A stretch of DNA of 63,972 bases, the filler included, from Chiloscyllium plagiosum (lineage: Eukaryota): the NCBI RefSeq assembly GCF_004010195.1. It is 9 parts of 9 records of this genome, joined end to end, with 100 filler letters (N's around TTAATTAATTAA, not from the genome) between each part and the next. Parts side by side here need not be neighbours in the genome. Positions count along the whole stretch, not along the records: positions 1 to 8,801 come from NW_025213644.1; positions 8,902 to 38,245 come from NC_057746.1; 7 more parts are not named here. The stretch is one strand, 5' to 3'. Each line of letters opens with the position of its first letter. Positions within the stretch are counted from its first letter, which is position 1. The notes under the pieces were generated by a model that was not told the DNA's origin, made no database searches, and saw nothing but the letters and a program-made list of their open reading frames with translations. Made by a program: the position numbers and the translations under genes. This document shows positions 1 through 12,770 of the stretch, one piece after another.

Positions 1-1021
1 ACTCTTCTGTTGCAGTGATAGAATTTCTGTTTCTGAGACAAAAGGCCTGAGTTCAAATCCCCACTGTCCCAGAGATAACATTTCTGAATATGTTTATTAG
101 AAAATGTCTACTTGTTTCTGTATGTGAAACAAAATGATATCAGGTATTCGAATACCAGAATTGATCCATTGTGCTCCAGAAAACTGAGACAAAACTATGG
201 AATTCAAACTGGGACGATGCAAACACCAGTTTTGGATTATGGGAATCAATGTTAATCATTTGTTAACAGAGCCAAGCGTGTCTAACATGCTTCAAAGTTA
301 TTGTTTTGCATGGAAATGTAAAGTCTTTGGACAGTAAGCAAGAAGCTGAATGTTCCTGTTCGCAACTGGGTTACATTACAGAGGACATCCACCATGTAAA
401 CTCGGCACAGGGAGCAAGAGGAAAGACCATTCATCGTTCCCCTCCCCTCTGCTCCGCAACAACTTATCTGTTGATTCTCTTTGGTGTGAAAGTGAAGATA
501 CATTCTGTCAACTCATGCGCTGGCGCAAGATCCCAGAAACAAAGGTTACATTCAAACTGTTCTGCACTATTTACGATTGGTATGTTCCAATCAAATTTAA
601 TTTTAAAGTGTCTTAAATTTACATTTCCAATTAGTGCAATGTGGCAGTTTAAAACTGACATGAATTTTGTAAGAATGTCCAATCGGGGGAATCAAAAACA
701 CCAAGTTCAAAACTCGTGCCCTACCCTTGACATAAAATGGACATTGTCAGATTTTGTCACAGGGAGATTTAGGATGGATAAGGCACTTGGTGGAATCCTG
801 CAATGAGTGAGCTTTACTCTGTCTCTGACCCAGGGTGTATCTGAGCAGAGGACGTTAACTGCACAAGACACTCGTCCTAGACCTGTTAATAATCCACTTT
901 AACTACACAGATGGAATGTAAGTCAGAGTGGAAAAAAACTAATTCAGTATTTAATTCAACAACTGGAGGAAAAAAAACACTTCATTACTTCTGTTGAATT
1001 ATTAAATGCAACTTTAAGATT

Positions 1022-1027
1022 TTTATT
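1022..1027 (-). promoter_or_regulatory. AATAAA polyadenylation signal overlapping the secretory IgM stop codon
   Basis: Minus strand reads TGT CAA TAA AA; the same arrangement recurs at 62539-62544. Confidence 0.6.
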
Positions 1028-1414
1028 GACATGAATTAACAGTGTCCATCAGTGCAAGTGAAATGTTTACAAAACTCGGTTTACCCCTGGATTTATCGAC
1101 TGTTCTGTTGATGATCTTCAATGGAATCGCTTCATGTCCCACCACACAGGAGTAAGAAGCACCGCTGGCCCACTCCTCCGCTGTAATGGATAACAGGCTG
1201 TAGATGAAGAAGGAGGTGTTGTCGCTCTCCACCATCACCTCGGTGTTCTTGTAGTTACTGGGATTCACCGGCTTGTCATTGTTTGTCCACTTGACGAAGA
1301 TCTCTCGGGGGGAGAAACCTCTCACTAAACAGGTGAGGGAGAGAAACCTCTGAGCGGAGATTTCTTCTGTTGGTGGCAGGAGGACCGACACTGATGGCTC
1401 CAGCGGATTAATCA
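1023..1414 (-). CDS. IGHM: IgM heavy chain CH4 exon with secretory tailpiece (copy 1)
   Basis: Acceptor ctgcAG|TG ATT AAT at 1414 (phase 1). Reads [78 protein letters not shown], matching the shark Cmu4 + tailpiece (NIS sequon, penultimate Cys). Internal G|GTAAA donor for the membrane form ends the exon at 1085. Confidence 0.95.
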
Positions 1415-1869
1415 CTGCAGAATATTTGAGACAAATATAAATCAATCAAAAAAATCCTGAACCAATATCACAATTTCACTAAATATTAAAATACGCCAAG
1501 TTTAATTTGGGATTTATTCACTTTCGTTTTCTAAAGGAGCAGTATGGTCCACATACTGTTCAGTAAAAAAAGGAAAGTTTAATGTGAAAGTTGCCTCCAT
1601 GTTTCCAGCCCACAACGAGGACATTCTGGCCATTTGTCATTGCTGATGTTGACGTCACAACCCAGGCTTCTTCCCACCTTATCTGACTTAATCAGAATAC
1701 AATATCCTTTGGTCCATCTTTTTCTGAATCAGCTACTGAGCTATCCTGCCTTCAGATGCATCATTAATGCTCCCAACGGTGTTGGTTCATTTCCAATCAA
1801 AGCCTGTCATTGATATCACTGGATCTGGATTACACATGGGATCCTTTGTGCTTTACTCTCACCGCTCAC

Positions 1870-2159
1870 CTTTCTCCGTTGAGTCGGTAGATTCTGATGG
1901 TACACCACACATTCAAAAGTAACGCCACTCAGCCAGGCTTCAGTAGAAATGTCTAATTTGCTGATCACGCTGTCGGGATTCTGTCCAGGCTGCTCAGCAA
2001 TCTCTGATTTCAGAGGCTTCTTTTCTTGTTTCCAGGTGACGTTGACTCCAGAAGGAAGATTGGACACAACGCAGGTTAACGTCACCGTCGCCTCCAGTAA
2101 GACTTGTTCTACTGGCGGTGGGAGGATTTTAACGGTGTTAGGGTGGCACTCGGTATCTT
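1870..2159 (-). CDS. IGHM: IgM CH3 exon (3' end appears deleted; main donor out of phase)
   Basis: Acceptor tttcatAG|AA GAT ACC; [47 protein letters not shown]. Donor AAG|GTGAGC at 1870 is phase 0; a second donor G|GTGAGA at 1863 is phase 1. Confidence 0.9.
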
Positions 2160-3346
2160 CTATGAAACAAAAATCAAAGTAAATGAAAAATGCCCCTTTC
2201 TGATACAAACAGCCAATCTTCAGATTACTCATTCACAGGGTGAAGACACCACCTTCAAAATGGAAACTCCAACTATTCTGAAACGATGCTTACTATTGTT
2301 GATGTATTTTGATCTGTGAAACATTTGTGATTACCTATAACATACCCTGTGTAATTATTCCGAAAGAACACTGGCTTTGTAACAAGCGAAACCTGTGAAA
2401 AAAGTAAAATCACCGAAGATACCATCATGTAACCCATGGAATGACCTTTCTTTCAGAGTTTGTCTCTCACTTAAGACCATCCATTGATACTTGTGACAAG
2501 AGTAATCTGAATATAATGAGTTCATTTCCATGTTCATAACCCTTAGGTACAAGTGCTGCTGGTCACACTGACTGCCAAATCACATCCCAAATTTTGGACA
2601 AATTATAAGAAATAATAATTATTCTCTTTGCAGAGTTCTAAAGTGTTACAGAAGCAGTGAACAGCCATGGAAATTCTGTTCATTATGTTTCCAGGTCACG
2701 TTGACTCCAGAAGGAAGATTGGACACAACGCAGGTTACCGTCACCGTCGCCTCCAGTAAGACTTGTTCTACTGGCGGTGGGAGGATTTTAACGGTGTTAG
2801 GGTGGCACTCGGTATCTTCTATGAAACAAAAATCAAAGTCAATGAAAAATGCCCCTGTCTGATACAAACAGCCAATCTTCAGATTACTCCTTCACAGGGT
2901 GAAGACACCACCTTCAAAATGGCAACTCCAACTATTGCTGAAACGATGCTTACTATTGTTGATGTATTTTGATCTGTTAAAGCATTTGTGATTACCTATA
3001 ACATACCCTGTGTAATTATTCCGAAAGAACACTGGCTTTGTAACAAGTGAAACCTGTGAAAAAAGTAAAATCATCAAAGATACCATCATGTAACCCATGG
3101 AATGACCTTTCTTTCAGAGTTTGTCTCTCACTTAAGACCATCTATTGATACTTGTGACAAGAGTAATCTGAATATAATGAGTTCATTTCCATGTTCATAA
3201 CCTTTACGTGCAAGTGCTGCTGGTCACACTGACTGCCAAATCACATCCCAAATTTTGGACAAATTATAATAAATAATAATTATTCTCTTTGCAGTGTTCT
3301 AAAGTGTTACAGTAGCGGGGAACAGCCATGGAAATTCTGTTCATTA
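2027..3346. repeat. ~660-bp tandem duplication (2027-2685, 2686-3346) containing the 5' half of CH3 and upstream intron
   Basis: Two near-identical blocks offset by 659-661 bp, both starting tgtttccaggt. Confidence 0.92.
2686..2818 (-). pseudogene. IGHM: Truncated duplicate of IgM CH3 (5' half, intact acceptor)
   Basis: [44 protein letters not shown], then runs into intron sequence and stops at 2646. Confidence 0.88.
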
Positions 3347-3627
3347 TATTTAACGTGATCAAAAATACTTTGCGTTATTGGTGTGATGTCATTCTCTAAT
3401 TGATGTCATTGTTCCTCGTGGGCTGTGTTTGGAGTAGATCTGAAAACAAGACATTGAGTACAGCATTGGATATCGAGAAGGACACCCATCTCCTTAAGTC
3501 TTTCCCTCCATTCAGTTAGTTCATAACTTGTCTGTACTTTCACTATATTTACCAAGCTGCATTTTTTAATTTCTTCATAGAGCAGGGGAGAAAAAAAAAA
3601 CAAACAAAAGTGTCTTAAATTAATCTA

Positions 3628-3711
3628 CAAACTCGATGGAAATGTGCACTAATTTTATAGACATCCACTCAAACTCGATGGAAATGTGCACTAATTTTAT
3701 AGACATCCACT
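3628..3711. repeat. 42-bp perfect tandem duplication
   Basis: caaactcgatggaaatgtgcactaattttatagacatccact x2. Confidence 0.9.
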
Positions 3712-4810
3712 ACTCACTGTGTAAACATCGCCAACCCAAACCAGGCTAAATCAGCCTGTCTCGAGTTCCTCGTTCACTCATCCCTATTGTAGCATTCCCA
3801 CCAGAATTTATTCTCCTTCCTCATCCACTAATTACAGAGAGCATCTTAAGGAAGCTCAGTGAGATCACATTTATCCCAGTTCATCAAATGTGATAGCCAC
3901 TTGGTCTGTGGTCTGATCCCATAAATGAAGTTAAAGAGCTCAGTACCAGATAAAAATCGATGTCGTACAATGTCCAACCAACAGGTCATTCCTGAGCAGG
4001 GAATGAAGCATTGAACGCATTTTGATTTATTTTCAAGTAAGGGTCATTGCATATTTTAACCACGTCAATTTGATAGAGGATCAGAATAATGCTATTCAGC
4101 CAATCCAGAGTTTAGATCAGAATGATGCTGGAAAAGCACAGCAGGTCAGGCAGCATCCGACGAGCAGGAAAATCGACGTTTCGGGCTAAAGCCATTCTCC
4201 TGCCTTCTCCCCGTACTAAACAAGAGCCGATCTATCTGTGGCTTGAATACACACAATGGCCTGGCCTCCACAGCCCTCTGCAGCAACATGTTCCACAGAC
4301 TCATCACCCTCTGGCTGAAGAAATTCCTCCCCATCTCAGTTCTAAACGGTGCCCCTTTGACCCTGAGACTGTGCCTTTGGGTCCTAGTCTCGCCTCCCAG
4401 TCAAAACACCTATTCCACATTCACTCGACCTCAGTCTCTCAGTATTTTCTATGTTTCAATCAGATATCTCTCCAATATCCCCCCTGCACCCCAAACGTAT
4501 CATTGAAGCGACTACCAGGCAAGGATTTAGCACTCTGAATGTCTCTCCCAGCATGGCCAGGCAACAAACTATTTAACAAAGCTCACTGTCTATATATCTA
4601 TCTTCAATAGAGAGGAAACATGCTTTTCTGACTTGCCAAAATGTTGAATTATGAGCAATGCTAATGTCACACTCAAACTAAAATGAGATACGTGGCATGT
4701 TGGGAAACGAGAAGCTGCACCGTGCTGGTTACTACGCCTGATAAATTAGTGTGTTTGATTCACATCAGTGTTCAGAGTGATTTGTAGCTCTCTCAGTCTG
4801 TGTCTCTTAC

Positions 4811-5122
4811 CCTGGAGTGCGGTGATGTTTTTTCTTTGAGTATTCTCTCCATGAGTGACCTGGCAGGTATAGACCGCACTGTTGAACCATTCACCATAAG
4901 GGACCATCAGCCGACTCGTCACCGAAAAGTTCCCATTCGCCTCACACACGGGAGACGTGAAGAAGCCGGAATCCAAGGGTCGGCCATTTTTCAACCAACT
5001 CACGGAGATTGACTTCGGATGGAACTCGATGATTGAACAGACGACGGTTGCAAACTTGCTGCTTGCGATTTCTTCACTGGAGCTCACAGTTAGGAGAAGA
5101 GTTGGTTGGAGAATATCTGGAC
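4811..5122 (-). CDS. IGHM: IgM CH2 exon (intact)
   Basis: Acceptor cctaaAG|GT CCA, donor CAG G|GTAAGA, 312 nt, phase 1-1. [48 protein letters not shown] matches shark Cmu2. Confidence 0.93.
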
Positions 5123-5289
5123 CTTTAGGAAACACATCGCCTCCAACGAATTTCATAACAAATACAATCAGTTCTCATATATCAAGGTTTCTTGTGGTTA
5201 ATGGATACAAGAATCATAACTGTGCAGAGTGCTGGAGAAGCTGGGATCCACACAGAAAGATCAGCAGGACAATGTGAAAGGCTAAACTT

Positions 5290-8115
5290 AGAGGACACAG
5301 CAAGGGAGTCAAGGACGCATAGAAACTATAGGCCGGTAACATCAGAAGGGAGATAGCAACGTTGGATGGTATTCGTTTTAATAACAGCGTCTGATGAACA
5401 AGGCAGACGAATTACTGGCACAAATGAAGAAATGATGCCGTTGCTATCACAGAGACATATTGAGAGCCGGGCAGGAGTGGCTATTCAATCTTCCAGGATT
5501 TAGTGCCTTCAGGCGAGACAGAGAAAGATGGAAAAGGACGGGGGCGGGGGTGTGCGGTACAGAATGTTGCTTCTGTCGCAATTCTGACAAGAGTATTTTA
5601 GGCTGTAAAGAGAAATGAAATCATGGATGCCGCCTTGAACAAAGGCAAATGGACAGTACTTCAAAACCAAAACACAGCAAACATAACTACTGGGAGAGCA
5701 CGATCGACCTTACTCTCGGTCCAAAACACCAAGTGCAAATTTCAGAGACATGTAAATTAAATAGGGGAATGTGAAAATAGGTTTTTAACTTCCTCAGCAT
5801 AGGCTTGGATATTCATTTTGTCAAAAATTTAGAGGGAGCACAATTCTGAAAATGCCCCCAGGAGAATATTTGAACAAAGTATGTGTTTAATACAGAGAAT
5901 TTTAATCCAGACATTGCAAGAGAGGGGTGAACCTGAGCTTAACTTTATGGAATGAAGTCGACCCAGTGGGTAAAACATCAATGGTGGAGCACTTTGCAGA
6001 CAGTAATCGTAAAGCAGTTGGATTTCAGATTGTACTGCAAAGGAATAGAAATTGGCCCAAAGTTCTGAATAGGGGAAGGACAATTTTAGTAAGATCAAGT
6101 AATGACTTGACACGAGTGGACTGGAAGCTGACACTTATTGGTAAATCTGAGTCAGAGCAGTGTGACACATTTAAGAAAGAGATAGGAAAATCACAGGGAA
6201 GACATTTCCCAGGAAGCCACTGCGTGGGACCAAGAATGCAGCGGGCTCTGGACACCAAAGGGCATGGAGGGTGAGATAAAGAGAAACAAGGGAGGCCTCC
6301 TGTCTCTACTGAAATCTCAAAACAATAGAAACTAATATGGAGTACAAAACGTGCAAGGGGGAGTTTGAAAGACAAAGGAATTAGAAGAGCAAAAGGGACC
6401 ATGATAAAATAATAGCAGTCAAAGTAAAGGAAAATATTTTTAAAAGTTACAGGCTCATTCATACTAAAAGAATTATTCGGGAAACAGTAATGCCCATTAA
6501 GTGTTATTATTGGAGTGGAGCCGGAAGATTAGGTTGTGGTCAAAACGAATGTGTTGTGTCAGTGTTCACTAGTAAGAGGGACAGTGTGGGGACAGAAATC
6601 ATGGAGGGGTGTTGTGATGTACCTTCAGAAATTCGGACACATGACGTGATGTTCTGTGTTGTCTTGCTGAATGAAAAGTGGTTATATTTCCAGGGCAGAT
6701 GAAAAGTATACCAAGCGGTTGAGCGATGCAAAGGATGAAATAGTTGGGTCACTGACAATAATTTAGAATTTCTGTCTGGCCACAGCAGTTGTGCCAAGTG
6801 AGTGTAGATCAGCCAACGTTGCACTGCTATGCAGGACGAAGGAAGGGATTAAAAATGAAAACACAGATCTGTCAAGCTAGTCTCAGTGGTAAGGAAACTA
6901 TTGAGAAGTGAAATTAGTCTTCATTTGGAAGATAAATCTACAATTTTCAGCAAGTTTTATTTAGAGGAAGTCACGTGTAACAACTTGATAGTAGTTTTCA
7001 TAGAGATAACTCGATGTCCAGATGATTGCAATAATCAGAGCCAATGGGATCCGAGTTAATTTGACAGATTGGATCTAGAACTGGCTGAGTGGTGGGAGCA
7101 GGATAATAGTCATCGGGTGTCTGCGTGACTGGAAATCTATGTCTCCTGGTGTTCTGTAGGGATTGCTGTTGATTTCCTTGCTATTTCTCTTACATGCCAA
7201 TGATTGAGACTCATATTTAGGAGGATTAACCAGTGAATTCACAGATGAAATGAAAACTGTAATGTTAGTAAGTCATGAGCATAATGGCTTTAGATTGCAG
7301 GAGGATATAAAAGGGTTGGTTATATGTGAAGAGAAAAGTTGCAAATGGAAATTATTCTGAATAAATGTAAGGTGATGTAATTCAGCAGAAGTATCTGTGA
7401 GGTATGACGTTTTGAATGGTGGAACCCTGGAAAGGCCTGAGGATCTTTGGTGCATGTACCCACCGATCCCCTATAGTACTGTGTGGTCTGGATAAAGAGG
7501 CTAAGAAAGTGGGAGGATATTTGCTTTTATTAGCCTAGACAATGACAATGAAGAGTGGTGAGATGATACTGGAACTTAATAAAACACTGGTTAGGCCATA
7601 CTGAAGCGTTGTGTGCATGTTATCGAAGGAATGTGATTACACTGAAGGCAGTATTGATGAGATTTGCCAGGGTCTTGCCTGGGTTGGAGGGTTTTAGTTA
7701 TGAAACTAGTTTAGATAGACAGGGGTTTTCCTTGGAGCAGAGGATAATTAGGGAGAAGATTATCATGATATCTAGAATTATTTTAGGCATATACAGGGTA
7801 AACTGGATGAAACCTTTCCCATTGATGGAGAGAACAATGCCTCAGGGGCACAGGGTGAAGGTAAGGCCAGGAGGTTCCAAGTGGATCTCAGGGGAAAACA
7901 AAATCAAACAGAGGGTGGTGTTAGCCTGAAGCTCAGCACCTATAAGTCATATAGAGACTGAGCCCCTCATAATAAGTATGAAGTATCCTTGCAAGGGCAA
8001 GTCACACAAGGCAATGGATCATGTGCTGGCACATGAGACTGGAATAGTTAGGTGGCTGTTATTGATAGGCGTGAATTGGGTGGAGCAAAGGGCCTTTTTC
8101 CTGTGCTGTATAAGG
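5290..8115 (+). mobile_element. Degraded CR1-type LINE filling the CH1-CH2 intron
   Basis: Endonuclease-like remnants (NKADELL, AVAITET, FRRDR) near 5395-5525, RT-like remnants and a CR1-type 3' region; many stops. Confidence 0.75.
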
Positions 8116-8199
8116 TGAGTCTGAGAAAACGGTTATAAATAATGCCTTATTCATGTTAATCACAGATGATCTGTTTATCTCAGTTCGCACAACACTTAC

Positions 8200-8509
8200 C
8201 TGGACATGGCATTACTTTGCTCTTGTGTGACCCGCTGTGTTGAACCTCACAGGAGATTTTGCTGGGGCAATCTACCACTGACCCGGGCAGGGTTAACTGG
8301 CTGCTCAGGGTGTAGGTTCCCTTCTTGTTTCTCACTGATGGGTAAGTCTTCAGTCCAGTCGTAATTAGCTCCCCTCCTTTCTTATAGGTTACCTTGGTGA
8401 CGTCAGGGGAATAGTCCATCGCCAAACAACCAAAGATCACAGAACCGGTGTTGTGCTCCTGACAGGAGGAGACCAGGCCATAAAGCGTGGGGGGGGGGAG
8501 ACGGTGTCT
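8200..8509 (-). pseudogene. IGHM: IgM CH1 exon copy 1 (frameshift in C10 run; conserved Trp changed to Tyr)
   Basis: Acceptor ttgtAG|AG ACA CCG, donor CCA G|GTAAGT; [33 protein letters not shown]. 310 nt versus 306 in the paralog: G10 at 8489-8498 versus G6. VTYKK replaces VTWKK. Confidence 0.88.
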
Positions 8510-8801
8510 CTACAATAGAATGACCAATTGAGAATGTTAGTTTCTGTTAATTTGACCTTATCAGTTACTCAAATGGATCCTCAGCTGTAAACGTTTGCCA
8601 GAATACTCCCGCTGAATTCTACAGCATAACTGGGGTTTATTTTTGTTTCCTACCAGTTGCTGATCATGATCATTGGTTCCCTCTTTAGAAACATGCCCTC
8701 GACCTTGACCATTGCCAGATAATTTAGGACGAAGAACATCCTGATCCCACCCCAGTAAGTGTTTGAAGATCTCACCAACTGACACTTTCACTGGATTGCT
8801 G

Positions 8802-8901
8802 NNNNNNNNNNNNNNNNNNNNNNNNNNNNNNNNNNNNNNNNNNNNTTAATTAATTAANNNNNNNNNNNNNNNNNNNNNNNNNNNNNNNNNNNNNNNNNNN
8901 N
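8802..8901. other. Artificial 100-bp assembly linker N44-TTAATTAATTAA-N44 (first of eight)
   Basis: Identical linkers at 8802-8901, 38246-38345, 39951-40050, 41422-41521, 52421-52520, 59929-60028, 61656-61755 and 62860-62959; the 12-mer has stops in all six frames. Confidence 0.97.
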
Positions 8902-9128
8902 GTGGAAGTAAGGCCATTCGGCCCATCGAGTCCACTCCGCCATTTAATCATGGCTGATGGGCATTTCAACTCCACTTACCCGCATTCTCCCCGTAGCCCT
9001 TAATTCCTTGTGACATCAAGAATTTATCAAACTCTGGCTTGAAGACATTTAGCATTCCGGCCTCCACTGCACTCCGCGGCAATGAATTCCACAGACCCAC
9101 CACTCTCTGGCTGAAGAAATGTCTCCGC
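8902..9128 (-). mobile_element. CR1 LINE 3' fragment
   Basis: RHFFSQRVVGLWNSLPRSAVEA..VFK..DKFL C-terminal ORF2 motif. Confidence 0.85.
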
Positions 9129-9702
9129 ACTGGCTCTACTTTGGTGTAAATTGGCAACTGCTTCTTCTGGAGTCCTCTGCCCAAGAGCTGGTCCACTTCC
9201 CGATGCTGCCATCTCCAACACAGACAGGACAAAGAAGCAGATAATGAAATGATCCATGGCAGAATAAGGTCAGACCCCTTGTGTTGGGTTCAATCTGATT
9301 CCTACCTGAATCCCACATTGAGGCGAATTGTGCTCTGCTGCAATTGACTTGCATTTTTAAAGGGAAATCTTCCCAAAATTCAGCGTTTGGGTTGATGAAG
9401 GTAAAGCTTCATCTTCCCAATTATGACGTGTGTCTAATCTCAGCTTAAATTCAGGAGCAGTGTTGGGGAGGAAAGCAGTAATCCTAAAATATGGAAAGCT
9501 GAACAGGTTTGTGTGTGTTATAAATTACTTTGTATTAATTCAAGGATATCATTTTGGAAACTTTGTTCTGTTCAATAAATTGATTTGTATTCAAATGATA
9601 CTCCAACAAAGGCTCATGCAAATTGCATTTATGAGCCTCACTTCGTTCATTCATTTAGTCTGTTAATATTCCAGTGCTCAGGGACTTGGAAGCAATTTTT
9701 GT

Positions 9703-9743
9703 TGCAAACGTTTCGTCCCCTGGCTAGGCGACATCATCAGTGC
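9703..9743 (-). ncRNA. Minimal hammerhead ribozyme motif in a Penelope-type repeat
   Basis: Minus strand GCA-CUGAUGA-U-GUCGCC-UAGCCA-GGGGAC-GAAAC-GUU-UGC: both conserved core boxes, stem II, and GCA/UGC stem I. Confidence 0.7.
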
Positions 9744-10105
9744 TTGGGAGCCTCCTGCGAAGCGCTTCTTTGATGTTTCCTCCGGTGTTTATAGTGGTCT
9801 GTCCCTGCCGCTTCCGGTTGTCAGTTTCAGCTNNNNNNNNNNNNNNNNNNNNNNNNNNNNNNNNNNNNNNNNNNNNNNNNNNNNNNNNNNNNNNNNNNNN
9901 NNNNNNNNNNNNNNNNNNNNNNNNNNNNNNNNNNNNNNNNNNNNNNNNNNNNNNNNNNNNNNNNNNNNNNNNNNNNNNNNNNNNNNNNNNNNNNNNNNNN
10001 NNNNNNNNNNNNNNNNNNNNNNNNNNNNNNNNNNNNNNNNNNNNNNNNNNNNNNNNNNNNNNNAGCAATATAAACCATTTATCCCCTTGAGCTTGCACTG
10101 ACGGA

Positions 10106-12770
10106 ATAGAACATAGAACATTACAGCACAATACAGGCCCTTCTGCTCTTGATGTGGTGCCAACCTGTGGTACCAATCTGAAGCCCATCTATTCGACGCT
10201 ATTCCATTTTCATCCATATGTTTATCTAATTACCATTCAAACGGCTTAAAGTTGGTGAAACTACTGTTGCAGGCAGTGCATTCTAAGCCCCTACTACCCT
10301 TTGAGTAAAGAAACTATCTCTGACATCTGTCCCATATCTATCACCCTTCAATGTAAAGCTATGTCTCCTCGTGCTAGCCATCACCATCTGAGGAAAAAGA
10401 CTCTCACTGTAACCCTCTGATTATCTTGTATGTCTCAATCATTTCATCTCTCAACCTTCTTCTCTCAAAAACAACCTCAAGTCCCTCAGCCTTTCCTCAT
10501 CAGACCTTTCCTCCATACCAGGCAACATCCTAGTAAATCCCTCTGAACCCTTTCCAAAGATTCCACATCCTTCCTATAATGCAGTGACCAGAACTGTACA
10601 CAATATTCTAAGAGTGGCTGCACCAGAGTTTTGTACAGCTGCAGCAGGACCTTATGCCTCCGAAACTCAATCCCTCTCCCAATAAAAGCTAACACACCAT
10701 ATGCCTTCTTAACAACCCTATAACCTGGGTGGCAACGTTTAGGACATGGACACTGAGATCTCTGTATTCCTGTTGCTCACACTTTTATGCATTAAACTCA
10801 ATTTGCCACCTCTCAGCCCAGCTCTGCAGCTTATCGATGTCCCTCTGTCATCTGCAACATCTTTCAGTACTATCCACAACTCCACCAACTTTAGTGTCAT
10901 CTGCAAATTTACTAAAGCAAAAGTGAGGACTGCAGATGCTGGAAACCAGAGTTTAGATCAGAGTGGTGCTGGAAAAACACAGCAGGTCAGGCAGCATCCG
11001 AGGAGCAGGAAAATTGGCGTTTTGGACAAAAGCCCTTCATGAGGAATACTAACCCATCCTTTTACACCCTCATTTAGGTCATTTATAAACATGGCAAACA
11101 AAAGTGGCCCCAAAACAGATCCCTATGGTACACTACAAGTAACTCTACTCCAGGATGAACATTTCCCATCAATCACCACACTCTATCTTCTTTCATCTAG
11201 CAAACTTCTGATCCAAACTGCTAAATCACCCTCAATCCCGTGCCTCTGTATTTTGTGCACTAGCCTACCATGGGGAAGCTTATCAAATGCCTTATTGAAA
11301 TCCATATGCACCACATTAACTGCTTTACCCTCATCCACCTGTTTGGTCACCATCTCAAAGAACTCAATAAAGCTTGTGAGGCATACCCTATCCTTCACAA
11401 AACCGTGTTGACTATCCCTAATCAACTTATTCCTTTCGAGATGATTATAAATCCTATCTCTTACACCTTTCTCCAACACTTTACCCACAACTGAAGTAAG
11501 GCTCACTAGTCTATAATTACCAAGGTTGTCTTTTCTCCCCTTCTTGAACAAGGGGACAACATTTGCTATCCACCAGTTTCTATCCCTATTCCTGTAGACA
11601 ATGACGACATAAAAATCAAAGCCAAAGGATTTGCAGTTCTCTCACTGACTTTCCAATAATCCTGGGATGAATCCCATGTGGCCCAGGGAACTTATCTATT
11701 TTCACACTTTCCAGAATTGTTAACGTCTCCTCCTTGTGAACATCAATCCTGTCTACTCTGGTAGCTTTTATCTGAGTATTTTCCTCGACAACATTTTTTT
11801 TTCAGTGTGAATACTGACAAAAAATATTCACTTAGCATGTCCCCTATCTCCTTGGATTCCGCACACAACCTCCCATTATTATCCTTGTTTGGCCCTAACC
11901 TTCCGCTAGTCATTCTTTTGTTCCTTACATATCTATAGAAAGCTTTAGTGTTTTCCTTGACCCTATCTGCCAACAACTTCTCATGTCCCCTCCTGGCTCT
12001 TCTTAGCTCTCTCTCTAGGTCTTACCTGGTTAACTTGTAACTCTCAAGCACACTAGCTGAGCCTTCACATCTCATCCTAACATAGGCCTTCTTCGGCTTG
12101 ACAAGAGATTCAACTTCTTTAGTAAACCATGGCTCCCTCACTCGACGACTTCCTCTCTGCCTGCCAGGTGCATACTTATCAAGGACAAGCTGTAGCTGTT
12201 CCTTGAATAAGCTCCACGTTTCAATTGTGCCTATCCCTGAAGTTTCCTTCCCCATCCTATGCATCCTAAATCCTAATCACATCATAATTGCCTTTCCTCC
12301 AGCAATAACCTCTTGCCTTGCATTATATACCTATCCCTTTCCTTTGTTAAAGTAAACATAACCAAATTATGATCACTATCACCAAAGTGCTCACCAACCT
12401 TCAAATCTAACACCTGACCGGGTTCATTACCTAGTACCAAATGCAACATGACCTCGCCCCTTGTTGGCTTGTGTCAGGAAACCATCCTGTACACATGGGA
12501 TAAACACTGCCCCATCTAAAGTACTCAAACTACAGTATTTCCATCAATATTTGGAAAGATAAAGTCCCCATAACAACTACCGTGTTACTCTCACTTCTAT
12601 CCATAACTATCTTTGATATTCTTTCCTCTACATCTCTGGAAATATTCGGAAGCCTGTAGAAAACTCCTAACAGGTGACCTCTCCTTTCCTGTTTCTAACC
12701 TCAGCCCATATTACCTCAGTCCTCAAATGTCCTTTCTGCTACCATAATATTAACCTTGACTAATAATGCC
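10106..12770 (-). mobile_element. CR1-type LINE (ORF2 EN-RT remnant), interrupted by a Penelope-derived insert
   Basis: NYRLVSLTSVVGKVLE, QHGF, DFNKAFDKLPHGRL, LYKTLVQPLLEYCVQFW; (agaacat)n tail at 10108. Confidence 0.92.
10916..11046. mobile_element. Short non-autonomous Penelope-derived element with TACTAA target-site duplication
   Basis: TACTAA at 10910-10915 and 11047-11052. Same family at ~4108, 31800, 35780, 36281, 38385 and 47110; degenerate hammerhead core at one end. Confidence 0.75.

Noticed and set aside
1023-8509. IgNAR or IgW assignment, or an IgW lacking internal domains
   Set aside because: The four exons match shark Cmu1-Cmu4 and the IgM tailpiece in order; no domain is missing.
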